Shown: positions 38,737 to 47,433 of the stretch, piece by piece | Numbering within the stretch: the first letter of the stretch is position 1 | How the letters are laid out: every line of letters begins with the position of its first letter | IMG/VR virus record: IMGVR_UViG_2740892219_000010 | Span: 1-64,000 of that record | Source: a virus | Taxonomy: Duplodnaviria > Heunggongvirae > Uroviricota > Caudoviricetes | DNA length: 64,000 nt | Reading direction: 5' to 3' (one strand) | Program-made: the position numbers and the translations under genes | Notes under the pieces: generated by a model | The model's database searches: none | Seen by the model: the letters and a program-made list of their open reading frames with translations, nothing else | What the model was told of the DNA's origin: nothing

Positions 38737-39057
38737 ATGGAAGCGCGCACCATCCCAGTAACACTCTTTATTCATTATGCAACTTCAACTTTCAGCCACG
38801 AAAAGCTGCTTGTTGCGACTGTTGATATGTCAAAAAATTTTCCAGACAGGTACATCCTTCTGGAAAGCCGCGAAATTGAAATTACCGTTAACCAGCCCGA
38901 GCCAATCGACATCATCGGTTTACAGGTCGAGCAACTGCGTGAACAAAAACAGAAAACAGTCGCCGACGCCCAACAGCGTATTGCTGCTATCGATGACAAA
39001 ATCCAGCAGTTACTTTGCATCGAATACACGCCAGATACCGATGAGCTCCCCTACTAA
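38737..39057 (+). CDS. hypothetical early-left protein
   Basis: 106 aa, RBS AAGGAG; first gene of the plus-strand early-left operon. Confidence 0.45.
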   Translation: MEARTIPVTLFIHYATSTFSHEKLLVATVDMSKNFPDRYILLESREIEITVNQPEPIDIIGLQVEQLREQKQKTVADAQQRIAAIDDKIQQLLCIEYTPDTDELPY

Positions 39058-39087
39058 AAACCACTGACCTGTAATGAGGAAAGACCA

Positions 39088-41307
39088 ATGACCATTTTTA
39101 ACGGCTTGTTAGAAGCGAAAAAAGGCGCGCTCAAAAACGGCGCGATCCCGGCGCTGGCCATCGCCATCGCCGCCCCTAACAAAAAAGTTGCCGAGAACAT
39201 CATCATCGGCAAATTGTGGGAAGCCTACCCTGACCACGGCGACAACTATTTCAAACCTAAAATCTGGGAAGATGCCCCGGGCCAACCGCGCCCAGGCGTC
39301 GGTGAGTTTGATGAGACGTTTGCCACAGAACACAGTTTTGATGGCGAAAAATGGGTAGTTAACACTCCTGTTGATTCAGATTGCAGTTCAGCAGATATCT
39401 CACAGGTTAGCGACCTGATGAAACTGCCGGCTCGTGAACGATTCGCCGCCGTTCTGCTGTTCAGCCACGACGCCAACGAAGTCGACAGTGAATTGCTTGC
39501 GCAGACGCGTGAATACCTGGAGATGCTCGATAACAGTGATACTGACAGTGAGGATGAGGTTGACGCGTTTAACCGCATCGTTCTTGATGCCATGGTGGCG
39601 TGTAAGCCCATCGAGTACATGCATATTGCTGGATTGAATAATCTGGTACATGCAATTTTGGCAAGTTGCGATACCCAGGAACAAAACCCGACCAGTTGGA
39701 CTATCTCCAAATTTATAAAAAAATGGGTAGAGAATCCCGGTAAACGCGATGAAATGCTGCCGGAGATAAAACCAGAAACAGCATCCGCACGTCCTTACAA
39801 ACAGACTCACGCCACTCTGGATCGTGAAATTGCCTGCGCCCTGTTACCTGTTGCCCCGGAAAAAATCACCCCCAGCATCCTGAAAGCGGCAGACGAAATA
39901 ATCAGTCAGGACAGGGAAGATTTTAAACGCTGGTCAATGGCCTTGCGCACAACGGATCAGATCCTTGCCTATGACCGCGCATCAGTATTCGGTGTTATTC
40001 AGAGCGCCCCCGCAAAAGACACGTACCACTTCCCGCAATCCCTGCGCAATCACATCGATAACTGGCTGCAAGCTAACGGGCAGCGTGATGCAAATGCTGT
40101 TGAAGAGAAGCCAAAGGAAGCAGCACCAAAGGATGATGTAAAAGTCATCAACCACGGCGGCGGACGATTCTCAATTGATGGGATGATGTCAGAAACACCC
40201 TCAAATCAGGGCGAAAAAAGCGAAACAGCAAATGCTGGAGAACGTAGTTTGCAGCAGTTGCGTGAGCAGTTTGTCACGCCTCGCCATGTGTATGACGTAC
40301 CTGAAAATAACGCCGTATCACAGAGGGAACCTGCAGCTATTACTACCCCGGCAGAAGAGACTCCTCCACAAGAACAACTTAGCGAGCAGGTAAAGGATCT
40401 GGTGCAGAACGTTGACGCGCTGGTTGAGCGGATCCATACCGAAGAGCACAAGCGGCAGAATGCAATCTCAGCTATCGAAACGGAGTTAAAGGACTCCGGC
40501 GACACGGATAACCTGGCATTGTGGAAGAACGTATTCAAAACCGATGAGCGCTTCACCAGTGCTTTCTCTCAGAACGGCGGCGGCACATCCATCAACGGCA
40601 CTTATATAGCGATGAAAGCGACTCGCGAATTTGGGCCGTTTGGTATTGGCTGGGGTGTAGAGGTGCTGGAGGAGCGCTTTGATAAAGGCGCACCGATAGT
40701 TCGTAAAAAACAGGTTGGTGAAAAAATAGAATGGGATCTGATTCAAGACGGTGTTGGCGGGTACCTATGTGAAATGCACCACACCATGAAAGTGAGAGTC
40801 TGGTACATATTGAATGGGGTACGCGGTGAGTCCGAGGCTTACGGATGCACACCTTATATCTACGACACTAAATACGGACCAACAAGCGACGGCGAAGCGC
40901 CGAAGAAATCCTGGACGGATGCTGTTAAGAAAGCGCTATCCCCTCTCGGATTCAGCGCCGATATTTTCATGGGCCTGTACGACAATCCGGAATACCGCCA
41001 GAGGAATAAAGCTGAGTTTGATATCAAGAATGCCAGCGAGAATGCGGAAGATGCTACCCGTCTGCGTAAGGAACTGGATGAGGAGCTTATCAACGTTGCC
41101 AATACGCTGGCCGCCGCGGTAACCACCAACGAAGTAAACAAGGTATTTGGCCTCATCGCCCGCGAAGTGGATGTACACAGGAAAGCAGCGGAAGCCAAAG
41201 GCGATAAAGAATATTCATCGTATCTGGGATCGCGCCTGCGCCGTATCACCGACATTAAAACTGAACGCCTCGCCGCCCTTACCGCTGCACAGGAGCAAAC
41301 CGCATGA
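39088..41307 (+). CDS. large early protein, possible recombination function (C-terminal region SSAP-like?)
   Basis: 739 aa; start preceded by the conserved ATGAGGAAAGACCA motif; C-terminal region carries a motif reminiscent of Erf/Rad52-type annealing proteins (KKALSPLGFSADIFMGLYD); followed by a Gp157-like gene. Confidence 0.55.
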   Translation: MTIFNGLLEAKKGALKNGAIPALAIAIAAPNKKVAENIIIGKLWEAYPDHGDNYFKPKIWEDAPGQPRPGVGEFDETFATEHSFDGEKWVVNTPVDSDCSSADISQVSDLMKLPARERFAAVLLFSHDANEVDSELLAQTREYLEMLDNSDTDSEDEVDAFNRIVLDAMVACKPIEYMHIAGLNNLVHAILASCDTQEQNPTSWTISKFIKKWVENPGKRDEMLPEIKPETASARPYKQTHATLDREIACALLPVAPEKITPSILKAADEIISQDREDFKRWSMALRTTDQILAYDRASVFGVIQSAPAKDTYHFPQSLRNHIDNWLQANGQRDANAVEEKPKEAAPKDDVKVINHGGGRFSIDGMMSETPSNQGEKSETANAGERSLQQLREQFVTPRHVYDVPENNAVSQREPAAITTPAEETPPQEQLSEQVKDLVQNVDALVERIHTEEHKRQNAISAIETELKDSGDTDNLALWKNVFKTDERFTSAFSQNGGGTSINGTYIAMKATREFGPFGIGWGVEVLEERFDKGAPIVRKKQVGEKIEWDLIQDGVGGYLCEMHHTMKVRVWYILNGVRGESEAYGCTPYIYDTKYGPTSDGEAPKKSWTDAVKKALSPLGFSADIFMGLYDNPEYRQRNKAEFDIKNASENAEDATRLRKELDEELINVANTLAAAVTTNEVNKVFGLIAREVDVHRKAAEAKGDKEYSSYLGSRLRRITDIKTERLAALTAAQEQTA

Positions 41308-41873
41308 GCACTGCTATCGCTATTGCAAAAGAATATGCCAGTCTGATTGACCTGTTAGAAACCTCCGACGAACTGACGCCAGAGATGATCGCCGACACGC
41401 TTGAAGGTATGGAAGGAGAACTGGGAGACAAACTGGACGCCATGATGGTCATCTGCCGCAATTTACAGGGCAATGCCAATACCTGCGCTGAAGAAATGTC
41501 TCGCCTGGCTACCCGTAAGACGTCCTTTGAAGGCAAGGAAAAAGCAATTCGAAAGCATATGCTCGCCTGCCTGCAAGCTGCTGGCCTGGATAAACTGAAA
41601 ACCGCAAAAAACACATTTACTGATGCACAGGGGGCTATCCGGGTAATTATTGATAACAAAGATAAGATCCCGGACGAGTATGAGGGTGTGTCACTTGTTG
41701 ATGTAGAAACGGTTATTACACCAAACAAGCGAGCCATTAAAGAAGTGATTGAATCTGCGGAGGCGGTTGCCGCCGAAATACTGGCGCGTGGAGAAACACC
41801 ACCAGCCGAGTTATTAAACCCGGTACCAGGCGCACATCTGGAACGCGGCGAACGGTCACTGAGGATACGCTAA
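41304..41873 (+). CDS. Gp157-like protein (Sipho_Gp157 family, recombination-module associated)
   Basis: 189 aa, overlaps the upstream stop (ATGA); overall resemblance to Gp157-family proteins as recalled. Confidence 0.45.
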   Translation: MSTAIAIAKEYASLIDLLETSDELTPEMIADTLEGMEGELGDKLDAMMVICRNLQGNANTCAEEMSRLATRKTSFEGKEKAIRKHMLACLQAAGLDKLKTAKNTFTDAQGAIRVIIDNKDKIPDEYEGVSLVDVETVITPNKRAIKEVIESAEAVAAEILARGETPPAELLNPVPGAHLERGERSLRIR

Positions 41874-42055
41874 TGCTTAAACTCACATTAAAGCGTGGTG
41901 ACGCGGTTCACCTGGTACTTGCCGATGGTACCAATGGCATTATTGAAGCACGGAGCCGCTGCGAACTTGGGCTACACCTGCCAGAAAACATTAAGGTCAC
42001 TCGGGAGAAATCGGCATTCCCCCCACCAGAACTGATTACGCCTAATCAGAAATAA
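41873..42055 (+). CDS. small protein with CsrA-like pattern
   Basis: 60 aa; MLKLTLKRGDAVHLVL...IKVTREK loosely matches the CsrA pattern MLILTRRVGETLMI...VSVHREE. Confidence 0.3.
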   Translation: MLKLTLKRGDAVHLVLADGTNGIIEARSRCELGLHLPENIKVTREKSAFPPPELITPNQK

Positions 42056-42264
42056 AAACTCACCATCGCTAGCATTGCGATTCACCAGTAACCGGAGGAT
42101 CACAATGCTGCGATGGCAACCGGGAGCAACTCTGCTCTCCGCATTTGATATCAAAATTGGCCGACTGTCGGCCAGCGTCAGGAAACAGACTTTGACCGAG
42201 TCTGATATTGCCCGTGCCTGCCATGTGGCAGATGACGCAATAAGCTACATAATGAGGAAAGACC

Positions 42265-42528
42265 ATGAAAAGCGATCACGACATAATCACCAGAGAAGAA
42301 ATGGTCGAGCTGACGGGAAGCCCACTTAAATCAAAGCAATGTGAGGCTCTTCGCCGGGCTGGAATTTTCTTCATGGAAAGGGCTGACGGACACCCAAAAA
42401 CAACCTGGGGCCATTTCATGAACCCAATAAAATTTCGCAATTTACAGGAGGTGACGACGCGAAAAGATGATGAACCTGATTTTGGAGCAATATTTAATGG
42501 CCGGAAAGAGAAAGAACCCAGCAGATAA
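42265..42528 (+). CDS. excisionase-like protein (positional)
   Basis: 87 aa immediately upstream of and overlapping int; start preceded by ATGAGGAAAGACC. Confidence 0.4.
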   Translation: MKSDHDIITREEMVELTGSPLKSKQCEALRRAGIFFMERADGHPKTTWGHFMNPIKFRNLQEVTTRKDDEPDFGAIFNGRKEKEPSR

Positions 42529-43513
42529 CTGGATGCCGCCTCGTGTTTACCAGGGCAAAGCGGCCTACGAATTCAGGAATAAAGATAACAAAGCGATACG
42601 CCTGTGCGCATTGGATGCACCACGATCAGCCGTATGGCTGGCATATGAAAAAGCGGTCGGTGACGAAAAAGAAAGAAATACTTTTCAGGCGCTCGCGGAA
42701 CAATTCATGACCTCCCCTGATTTTATGGATTTGGCAGTCGAAACCAGGAAAGACTACACAAAATATTCCGGAAAAGTTCTGCCTGTCTTCGGGAAGATCG
42801 ACCCGGATAAAATCAAACCTGAACATATTCGGCGCTATATGGATCAACGCGGTTTATCAAGCCGAACTCAGGCAAACAGGGAAAAAAGCTTTATGTCCCG
42901 GGTATTCCGTTGGGGTTATGAACGAGGTTATGTTCAGAGGAATCCTTGTCAGGGAGTTAAACAGTTTAAAGAGACAGCTCGCGAACGTTATATTACGGAT
43001 GAAGAATATCAGGCCGTTTATGAAGTGTCTCCTGACGTCGTTCGCGTGGCAATGGAGATTGCCTACTTATGCGTGGCCAGACAGAGTGATGTACTTTCAT
43101 TGCAGAAAGACCAACTGTTCGATTCCGGGATCTACATTCGTCAGGGAAAAACCGGCGTTAAGCAAATCAAAGCCTGGTCGCCTCGTCTGCAGAAAGCGAT
43201 AGCTCTGGCTCGTTCTCTGCCATTAAAAACGGGAATCAGTAGTCTGTTTGTGATTCATCAAACTACCGGTGGCAAGTACACCCGTGATGGTTTTAACTCT
43301 CGTTGGCGTGATGTCAAAGCTGCGGCACAGGAAAAATATCCTCATCTGCAAATAGACTTCACATTTCATGATCTGAAAGCAAAAGGTATCTCTGATCTGG
43401 AAGGCAGCCTGGAAGAGAAGCAAGCAATTTCCGGGCATAAGAACCCACGACAGACAGCAGCATATGACCGAAAAGTTAAAGTAGTGCCCGTAGTTGGTGG
43501 CCAGAGAAAATGA
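42467..43513 (+). CDS. int: tyrosine integrase (lambda Int family)
   Basis: 348 aa; C-terminal catalytic region (FHDLKAKGISDLEG...GHKNPRQTAAYDRK); transcribed toward the tRNA-Leu core. Confidence 0.85.
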   Translation: MMNLILEQYLMAGKRKNPADNWMPPRVYQGKAAYEFRNKDNKAIRLCALDAPRSAVWLAYEKAVGDEKERNTFQALAEQFMTSPDFMDLAVETRKDYTKYSGKVLPVFGKIDPDKIKPEHIRRYMDQRGLSSRTQANREKSFMSRVFRWGYERGYVQRNPCQGVKQFKETARERYITDEEYQAVYEVSPDVVRVAMEIAYLCVARQSDVLSLQKDQLFDSGIYIRQGKTGVKQIKAWSPRLQKAIALARSLPLKTGISSLFVIHQTTGGKYTRDGFNSRWRDVKAAAQEKYPHLQIDFTFHDLKAKGISDLEGSLEEKQAISGHKNPRQTAAYDRKVKVVPVVGGQRK

Positions 43514-43516
43514 ATG

Positions 43517-43551
43517 ATGATGCGTCCAGAGAAAAATCATCTTCGGACGCA
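43517..43551. repeat. inverted repeat GATGCGTCC-N17-GGACGCATC immediately after int
   Basis: 9-bp perfect arms; adjacent direct repeats CATCTTCGGA x2; possible att arm or Int-binding elements. Confidence 0.4.
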
Positions 43552-43575
43552 TCTTCGGAAATGAGAAAGAAGATA

Positions 43576-43601
43576 CAAAAAAACCACCCGAAGGTGGTTT
43601 C
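43576..43601 (-). terminator. rho-independent terminator (minus strand)
   Basis: ACCACC-CGAA-GGTGGT hairpin followed on the minus strand by a 7-T run; downstream of the tRNA-Leu 3' core. Confidence 0.55.
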
Positions 43602-43643
43602 ACGACACTGCTTATTGCTTTGATTTTATTCTTATCTTTCCCA

Positions 43644-43698
43644 TGGTACCCGGAGCGGGACTTGAACCCGCACAGCGCGAACGCCGAGGGATTTTAAA
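43644..43698 (-). other. 55-nt 3' segment of tRNA-Leu(UAA) (anticodon loop to CCA): attachment-site core
   Basis: Minus strand reads TTTAAAATCCCTCGGCGTTCGCGCTGTGCGGGTTCAAGTCCCGCTCCGGGTACCA, matching the 3' part of enterobacterial tRNA-Leu(UAA) as recalled; upstream sequence cannot form the D-arm or acceptor stem. Confidence 0.7.
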
Positions 43699-43777
43699 AA
43701 CTATCAACCACCATTTATAAATCATAACCTTATGATTTTATTAACTTTGCAAATAGCTCTATACGATGCCATTTGAA

Positions 43778-43820
43778 TCTATTGTCACTTTTTATCGCCA
43801 CTTTTTACCCTCTATTGTCA
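43778..43820. repeat. direct repeats TCTATTGTCA (x2) in the AT-rich arm next to the P2-like int
   Basis: Copies at 43778-43787 and 43811-43820 with CACTTTTTA x2 between them; typical of Int arm-type binding sites. Confidence 0.4.
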
Positions 43821-44806
43821 AAAGGGTTCAATTCAACTGCAGCCTCTAAATGACCTGGAGCAAAATGCGCATAACGCATAGTCATTTTTATATCGCTATG
43901 CCCCAGTATTTTTTGCAACACAAGAATATTTCCTCCCCGCATCATAAAATGACTGGCAAACGTGTGACGTAGCACATGAGTTAATTGCCCATCAGGAAGC
44001 TCGATCTTCGCTCTCTTAATTGCAGCGTCAAAAGCCTCATAACATGGTGAAAATAACGCTCCTCGTTTTTTAGGAAGCATAGCCTGCAATTGAGGTGAAA
44101 TCGGTACAGTGCGGTTCTTCTTTCCTTTAGTTTTAACAAATGTGATTCGACCGGGCAGCACTTGAGATTGCTTTAATCCTTCAGCTTCACTCCACCGAGC
44201 ACCAGTCGCAAGCCCAATACGGACAACAACCCCCAAATCTTTATTCCGTGACTCATCACACGCAATCAGAAGGCGTTCAATCTCATCTACATACAGAAAC
44301 GCCAATTCCTTTTCTTCCTCACGAAACTTGCGAATGCCAGTCAGGGGGTTTTCACCAGACCACTCCCCAAGGCGCTTCAGTTCGGCAAAAACAGCATGTA
44401 GATATGACTGCTCGCGATTAACGGTTGCTTCACTAAGTTTTTTCTTCCCCTTGGGATTCCATTCTCCTGATAACCTCCTTTCCCGATAAGTAGCAAACAT
44501 ATTTTTGTCAAACTGAGAAGCAAATGGATCTCCCAGCCTAGAACAAATAGACTCAAGTTTGACTTTGCGCTCTGCACCAGAGGACAAGGTTTTACCGTAC
44601 ATCTCAAACCAACGAGCAACCAACTCAGAAAGACGAGGACCAGAACCATCTTGAAACTCGTCTCCAACTCTACTATTCATTAAACGGCGCTCATAAGAGA
44701 GCGCCTCACTTTTTGTCGCAAACTGTTTACGAATACGTTTTCCCGATGCCCCGTAAGGATAACATTCGCAAAGCCATTTACCTGATGGAATCTTACGAAC
44801 CGACAT
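43805..44806 (-). CDS. int: tyrosine integrase (P2/186 Int family)
   Basis: 333 aa; catalytic box HVLRHTFASHFMMRGGNILVLQKILGHSDIKMTMRYAHF; transcribed toward the tRNA-Leu core. Confidence 0.85.
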   Translation of the reverse strand: MSVRKIPSGKWLCECYPYGASGKRIRKQFATKSEALSYERRLMNSRVGDEFQDGSGPRLSELVARWFEMYGKTLSSGAERKVKLESICSRLGDPFASQFDKNMFATYRERRLSGEWNPKGKKKLSEATVNREQSYLHAVFAELKRLGEWSGENPLTGIRKFREEEKELAFLYVDEIERLLIACDESRNKDLGVVVRIGLATGARWSEAEGLKQSQVLPGRITFVKTKGKKNRTVPISPQLQAMLPKKRGALFSPCYEAFDAAIKRAKIELPDGQLTHVLRHTFASHFMMRGGNILVLQKILGHSDIKMTMRYAHFAPGHLEAAVELNPFDNRG

Positions 44807-44811
44807 TTTAG

Positions 44812-45159
44812 TTACTTATCACATAAATCAAATGCAGCCTTAGTGACATCTCCCAGATTCTTTTTTAACCCTGGGGCGGCATCATTATCCAGCCAAAATG
44901 GATTATTGTTATCTAACGGTAACGCACCAAATGTTTTACCTTTTATTCGAGCCAAACCTGTAAGCGCATATAACTTATTATCGTCAAAATTCATCACATA
45001 AGGATTACCATCTAGACACTGTAACTGAACCTCATCAGTATTAAATGGCCATACCCCATTGAAACTCTCACGTTCAATATTTTTAAAAGGCATTGCGACG
45101 GCAGAAAAAGAAAACATAGATAAAAAAGTAACTAATAGTTGAACCTTTTTTACTTTCAT
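44812..45159 (-). CDS. secreted/periplasmic cargo protein
   Basis: 115 aa with N-terminal signal peptide (MKVKKVQLLVTFLSMFSFSAVA); RBS GAGGT; between repressor and int. Confidence 0.5.
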   Translation of the reverse strand: MKVKKVQLLVTFLSMFSFSAVAMPFKNIERESFNGVWPFNTDEVQLQCLDGNPYVMNFDDNKLYALTGLARIKGKTFGALPLDNNNPFWLDNDAAPGLKKNLGDVTKAAFDLCDK

Positions 45160-45188
45160 ACCATTACCTCAATTTAGCTCAAGTAAGA

Positions 45189-45839
45189 TTACAAATTAAA
45201 AAACATCCTAGAAATGGCACCACCTACCAAACCCCCTACGCAGATAAAGAATATTATTTCTTTTGGATAAAGTCGGATTAATTCTGAAGCACGAAGTCGG
45301 ACTTCTGGTAAGGTCGAATTCTCTGTGTTGCTTGATACCGATTGTTGCTCTAACCACGACAATGCAGACTGCAACTGAGAACGAGTAAGATCGTTTAAAC
45401 GTCCTGTACCGAAATTGATATGGCAATACCGCAGAAGTTTTTGTCGAAGTCCACAGTCTTCACTGTTACGTAGTAATAAACTTACAAGAGCCTTACAGGC
45501 ATCATGATCTTTACATCGCTCAAGCATTGCATGCAGAAAACTCTCCGCTGTTTTATATTGATTTACTGTCATATCATCAATACCAGCTACACCAATCTCC
45601 GCATGTACTTTTTGCCAAATAATAAACGCTTCAGTATTGCTAGCTTCTGCAATAGCAGCAACCAAGCTATTTAGCTCCTTACGCTGAGCCTTAAGCAAAG
45701 GGCGATCGTCATCATCATTATTCGAAGGGATTGCGATATTGACGGTATGAGAACCATCATATCGCCCTATCTGAATATTCTTTTCGTGAAAATCACGCCC
45801 AGCAACGCGATTGTTTGAACCGTTTGAGTTGACGGCCAT
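45189..45839 (-). CDS. C-tail-anchored membrane cargo protein
   Basis: 216 aa; RBS GGGAGG; single C-terminal TM (IIFFICVGGLVGGAISRMFF); N-terminus NNRVAGRDF repeats the repressor C-terminus NNRIAGRDY. Confidence 0.55.
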   Translation of the reverse strand: MAVNSNGSNNRVAGRDFHEKNIQIGRYDGSHTVNIAIPSNNDDDDRPLLKAQRKELNSLVAAIAEASNTEAFIIWQKVHAEIGVAGIDDMTVNQYKTAESFLHAMLERCKDHDACKALVSLLLRNSEDCGLRQKLLRYCHINFGTGRLNDLTRSQLQSALSWLEQQSVSSNTENSTLPEVRLRASELIRLYPKEIIFFICVGGLVGGAISRMFFNL

Positions 45840-45854
45840 GTCACCTCCCTACTA

Positions 45855-46259
45855 TCACCTACCCTTAGTTTCGTTATAGTCACGCCCAGCGATACGGTTA
45901 TTACCGCCAGAAATATTTAACTCACGTCCTGATGGCTGAGTTTCCTTTTCACTGGCCGCACCTTTTAAAGCCCCGATCACCGCGTTTTTCACATCTAACG
46001 AAGCTGCTCGAAAGCGAGTAATCAACTCCTGCTCATCATCGTTATAAGTTTCAGGTGAGTGAATTCCCAACACAACATACTGAACATCAAGGCCAAAACG
46101 AGACAGCGCTGCCAAATACGCAGCATCAGGAAAGCTATCTCCTTTCTCATATCTAAGCTGAGTTAGCTTTTTGACTCCACCAATGTCGCTCATAGCAACT
46201 TGACTAAGTCCCAATCTTTCCCTTTCCTCACGCAACCTCTGACCAATATCATTTTTCAT
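45855..46259 (-). CDS. immunity repressor (P2 C / 186 CI-like XRE HTH)
   Basis: 134 aa with N-terminal HTH (LGLSQVAMSDIGGVKKLTQLRYEKG); divergent from the cox-like early operon. Confidence 0.7.
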   Translation of the reverse strand: MKNDIGQRLREERERLGLSQVAMSDIGGVKKLTQLRYEKGDSFPDAAYLAALSRFGLDVQYVVLGIHSPETYNDDEQELITRFRAASLDVKNAVIGALKGAASEKETQPSGRELNISGGNNRIAGRDYNETKGR

Positions 46260-46334
46260 ACAAAAACCTTGACAGGTATCTTTTTTGATACCAAAATGAT
46301 TTCACGAGCTATTAGATGATCACAATATATCACT

Positions 46335-46541
46335 ATGAAACAAGTTCTTCACGATACCAGATCACGCATTCCGCGTAACACCGCCACAGGTCCAAGACTG
46401 GCACTTCGGATGTCCCTCGAGGAGCGAGCCGTCATTGATGAAATGGCAGCTAAAGAACAACGCTCATCCTCTAACATGGCGCGCATGATCTTCCTTCGCG
46501 GCCTAGAGCTAACCCAGAAAGAACAAAACAAATCTTCCTGA
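46335..46541 (+). CDS. ribbon-helix-helix DNA-binding protein
   Basis: 68 aa; segment PRLALRMSLEERAVIDEMAAKEQRSSSNMARMIF is RHH-like; first gene of the early operon. Confidence 0.45.
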   Translation: MKQVLHDTRSRIPRNTATGPRLALRMSLEERAVIDEMAAKEQRSSSNMARMIFLRGLELTQKEQNKSS

Positions 46542-46557
46542 TCAGGAGGCTAATGGG

Positions 46558-46761
46558 ATGTCAGGTATAACCATCAATATCAATGTGAATGCCCCCTATG
46601 TATCCCTGCAGAAATATGCAGAGATAACAGGTATCCCTCTTAATACATGCAAAAAGATGTTGGCTGACGGTCGAATTATTATCCGACCCAAACGCGCCAA
46701 AATGGAAAAGCCTGAAGTAAACCTTGTGGCGATGTTAAAAGACGCTTTGGCTAACAGCTAA
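46558..46761 (+). CDS. Cox-like HTH protein
   Basis: 67 aa; YVSLQKYAEITGIPLNTCKKMLADGRI resembles the P2 Cox HTH region as recalled. Confidence 0.45.
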   Translation: MSGITININVNAPYVSLQKYAEITGIPLNTCKKMLADGRIIIRPKRAKMEKPEVNLVAMLKDALANS

Positions 46762-46782
46762 AACAATGAACAGAGCATCATC

Positions 46783-47133
46783 ATGAAAAAAAACACTAAT
46801 ATTCCATACTCCAAATTTCGTAATGGCGTAGAACGCCACGCTAACCGTTTCGCTATCAGAACATCACGTAGCAACACTCGCTACAGCCTGAGCGAAACAC
46901 ACGCTACACCTGATGGCCATCCCGTAAAACAAATTGGTGAACACACCTGGCTGATTGAGAAAGCTGGAATCGTGGTTCACAGATGCCAACGCAACCCATT
47001 TACCGGAAACCGCATTTTTGCTCTGAGCAACGGCGACAATCAGTTTGGACAGGATTTCACGTTGTACGAAGCTCTGCGCACGGTTGATCGTCTGCTACGC
47101 GGACAGAATTTCATTAAACAGGCTGATTTATAA
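46783..47133 (+). CDS. hypothetical early protein
   Basis: 116-aa ORF in the early operon. Confidence 0.4.
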   Translation: MKKNTNIPYSKFRNGVERHANRFAIRTSRSNTRYSLSETHATPDGHPVKQIGEHTWLIEKAGIVVHRCQRNPFTGNRIFALSNGDNQFGQDFTLYEALRTVDRLLRGQNFIKQADL

Positions 47134-47143
47134 CAGGTGCTTT

Positions 47144-47422
47144 ATGACCAAAGACCATGCTCAGGGTGTATTTATCCGCTTTATTGATTTTCGCGGTGAG
47201 CTGTTGTTGCGCGCATCAGCTATTGATGGAGTGGTTCCGGTAGATAAAAGCACGGCCACTTACATTTATCTGAACGGCACACGCCTGACCGTAGAGATTC
47301 CATATCAACCCGTATGCGAAATTATTAGCGAAGCTGAAAAAGCACGTCAGGTTAATGGCGATAAACCCTATCTCGAAATTATCTGCATGGATTCAGAAGC
47401 TGAAATTCAGAAGGCAGATTAA
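47144..47422 (+). CDS. hypothetical early protein
   Basis: 92 aa from an internal ATG of ORF 47045-47422. Confidence 0.35.
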   Translation: MTKDHAQGVFIRFIDFRGELLLRASAIDGVVPVDKSTATYIYLNGTRLTVEIPYQPVCEIISEAEKARQVNGDKPYLEIICMDSEAEIQKAD

Positions 47423-47433
47423 AGGGCGTTGCG

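Noticed and set aside
42105-42329. 74-aa plus-strand ORF with a GGAGG RBS upstream of the xis-like gene
   Set aside because: Plausible small gene, but it overlaps the xis-like ORF by 65 nt in another frame and has no recognisable family; left unannotated as too uncertain.
43644-43698. A complete tRNA-Leu gene
   Set aside because: Only the 3' ~55 nt (anticodon loop through CCA) match; the upstream sequence cannot form the anticodon-stem 5' strand, D-arm or acceptor stem, so this is an att core copy.
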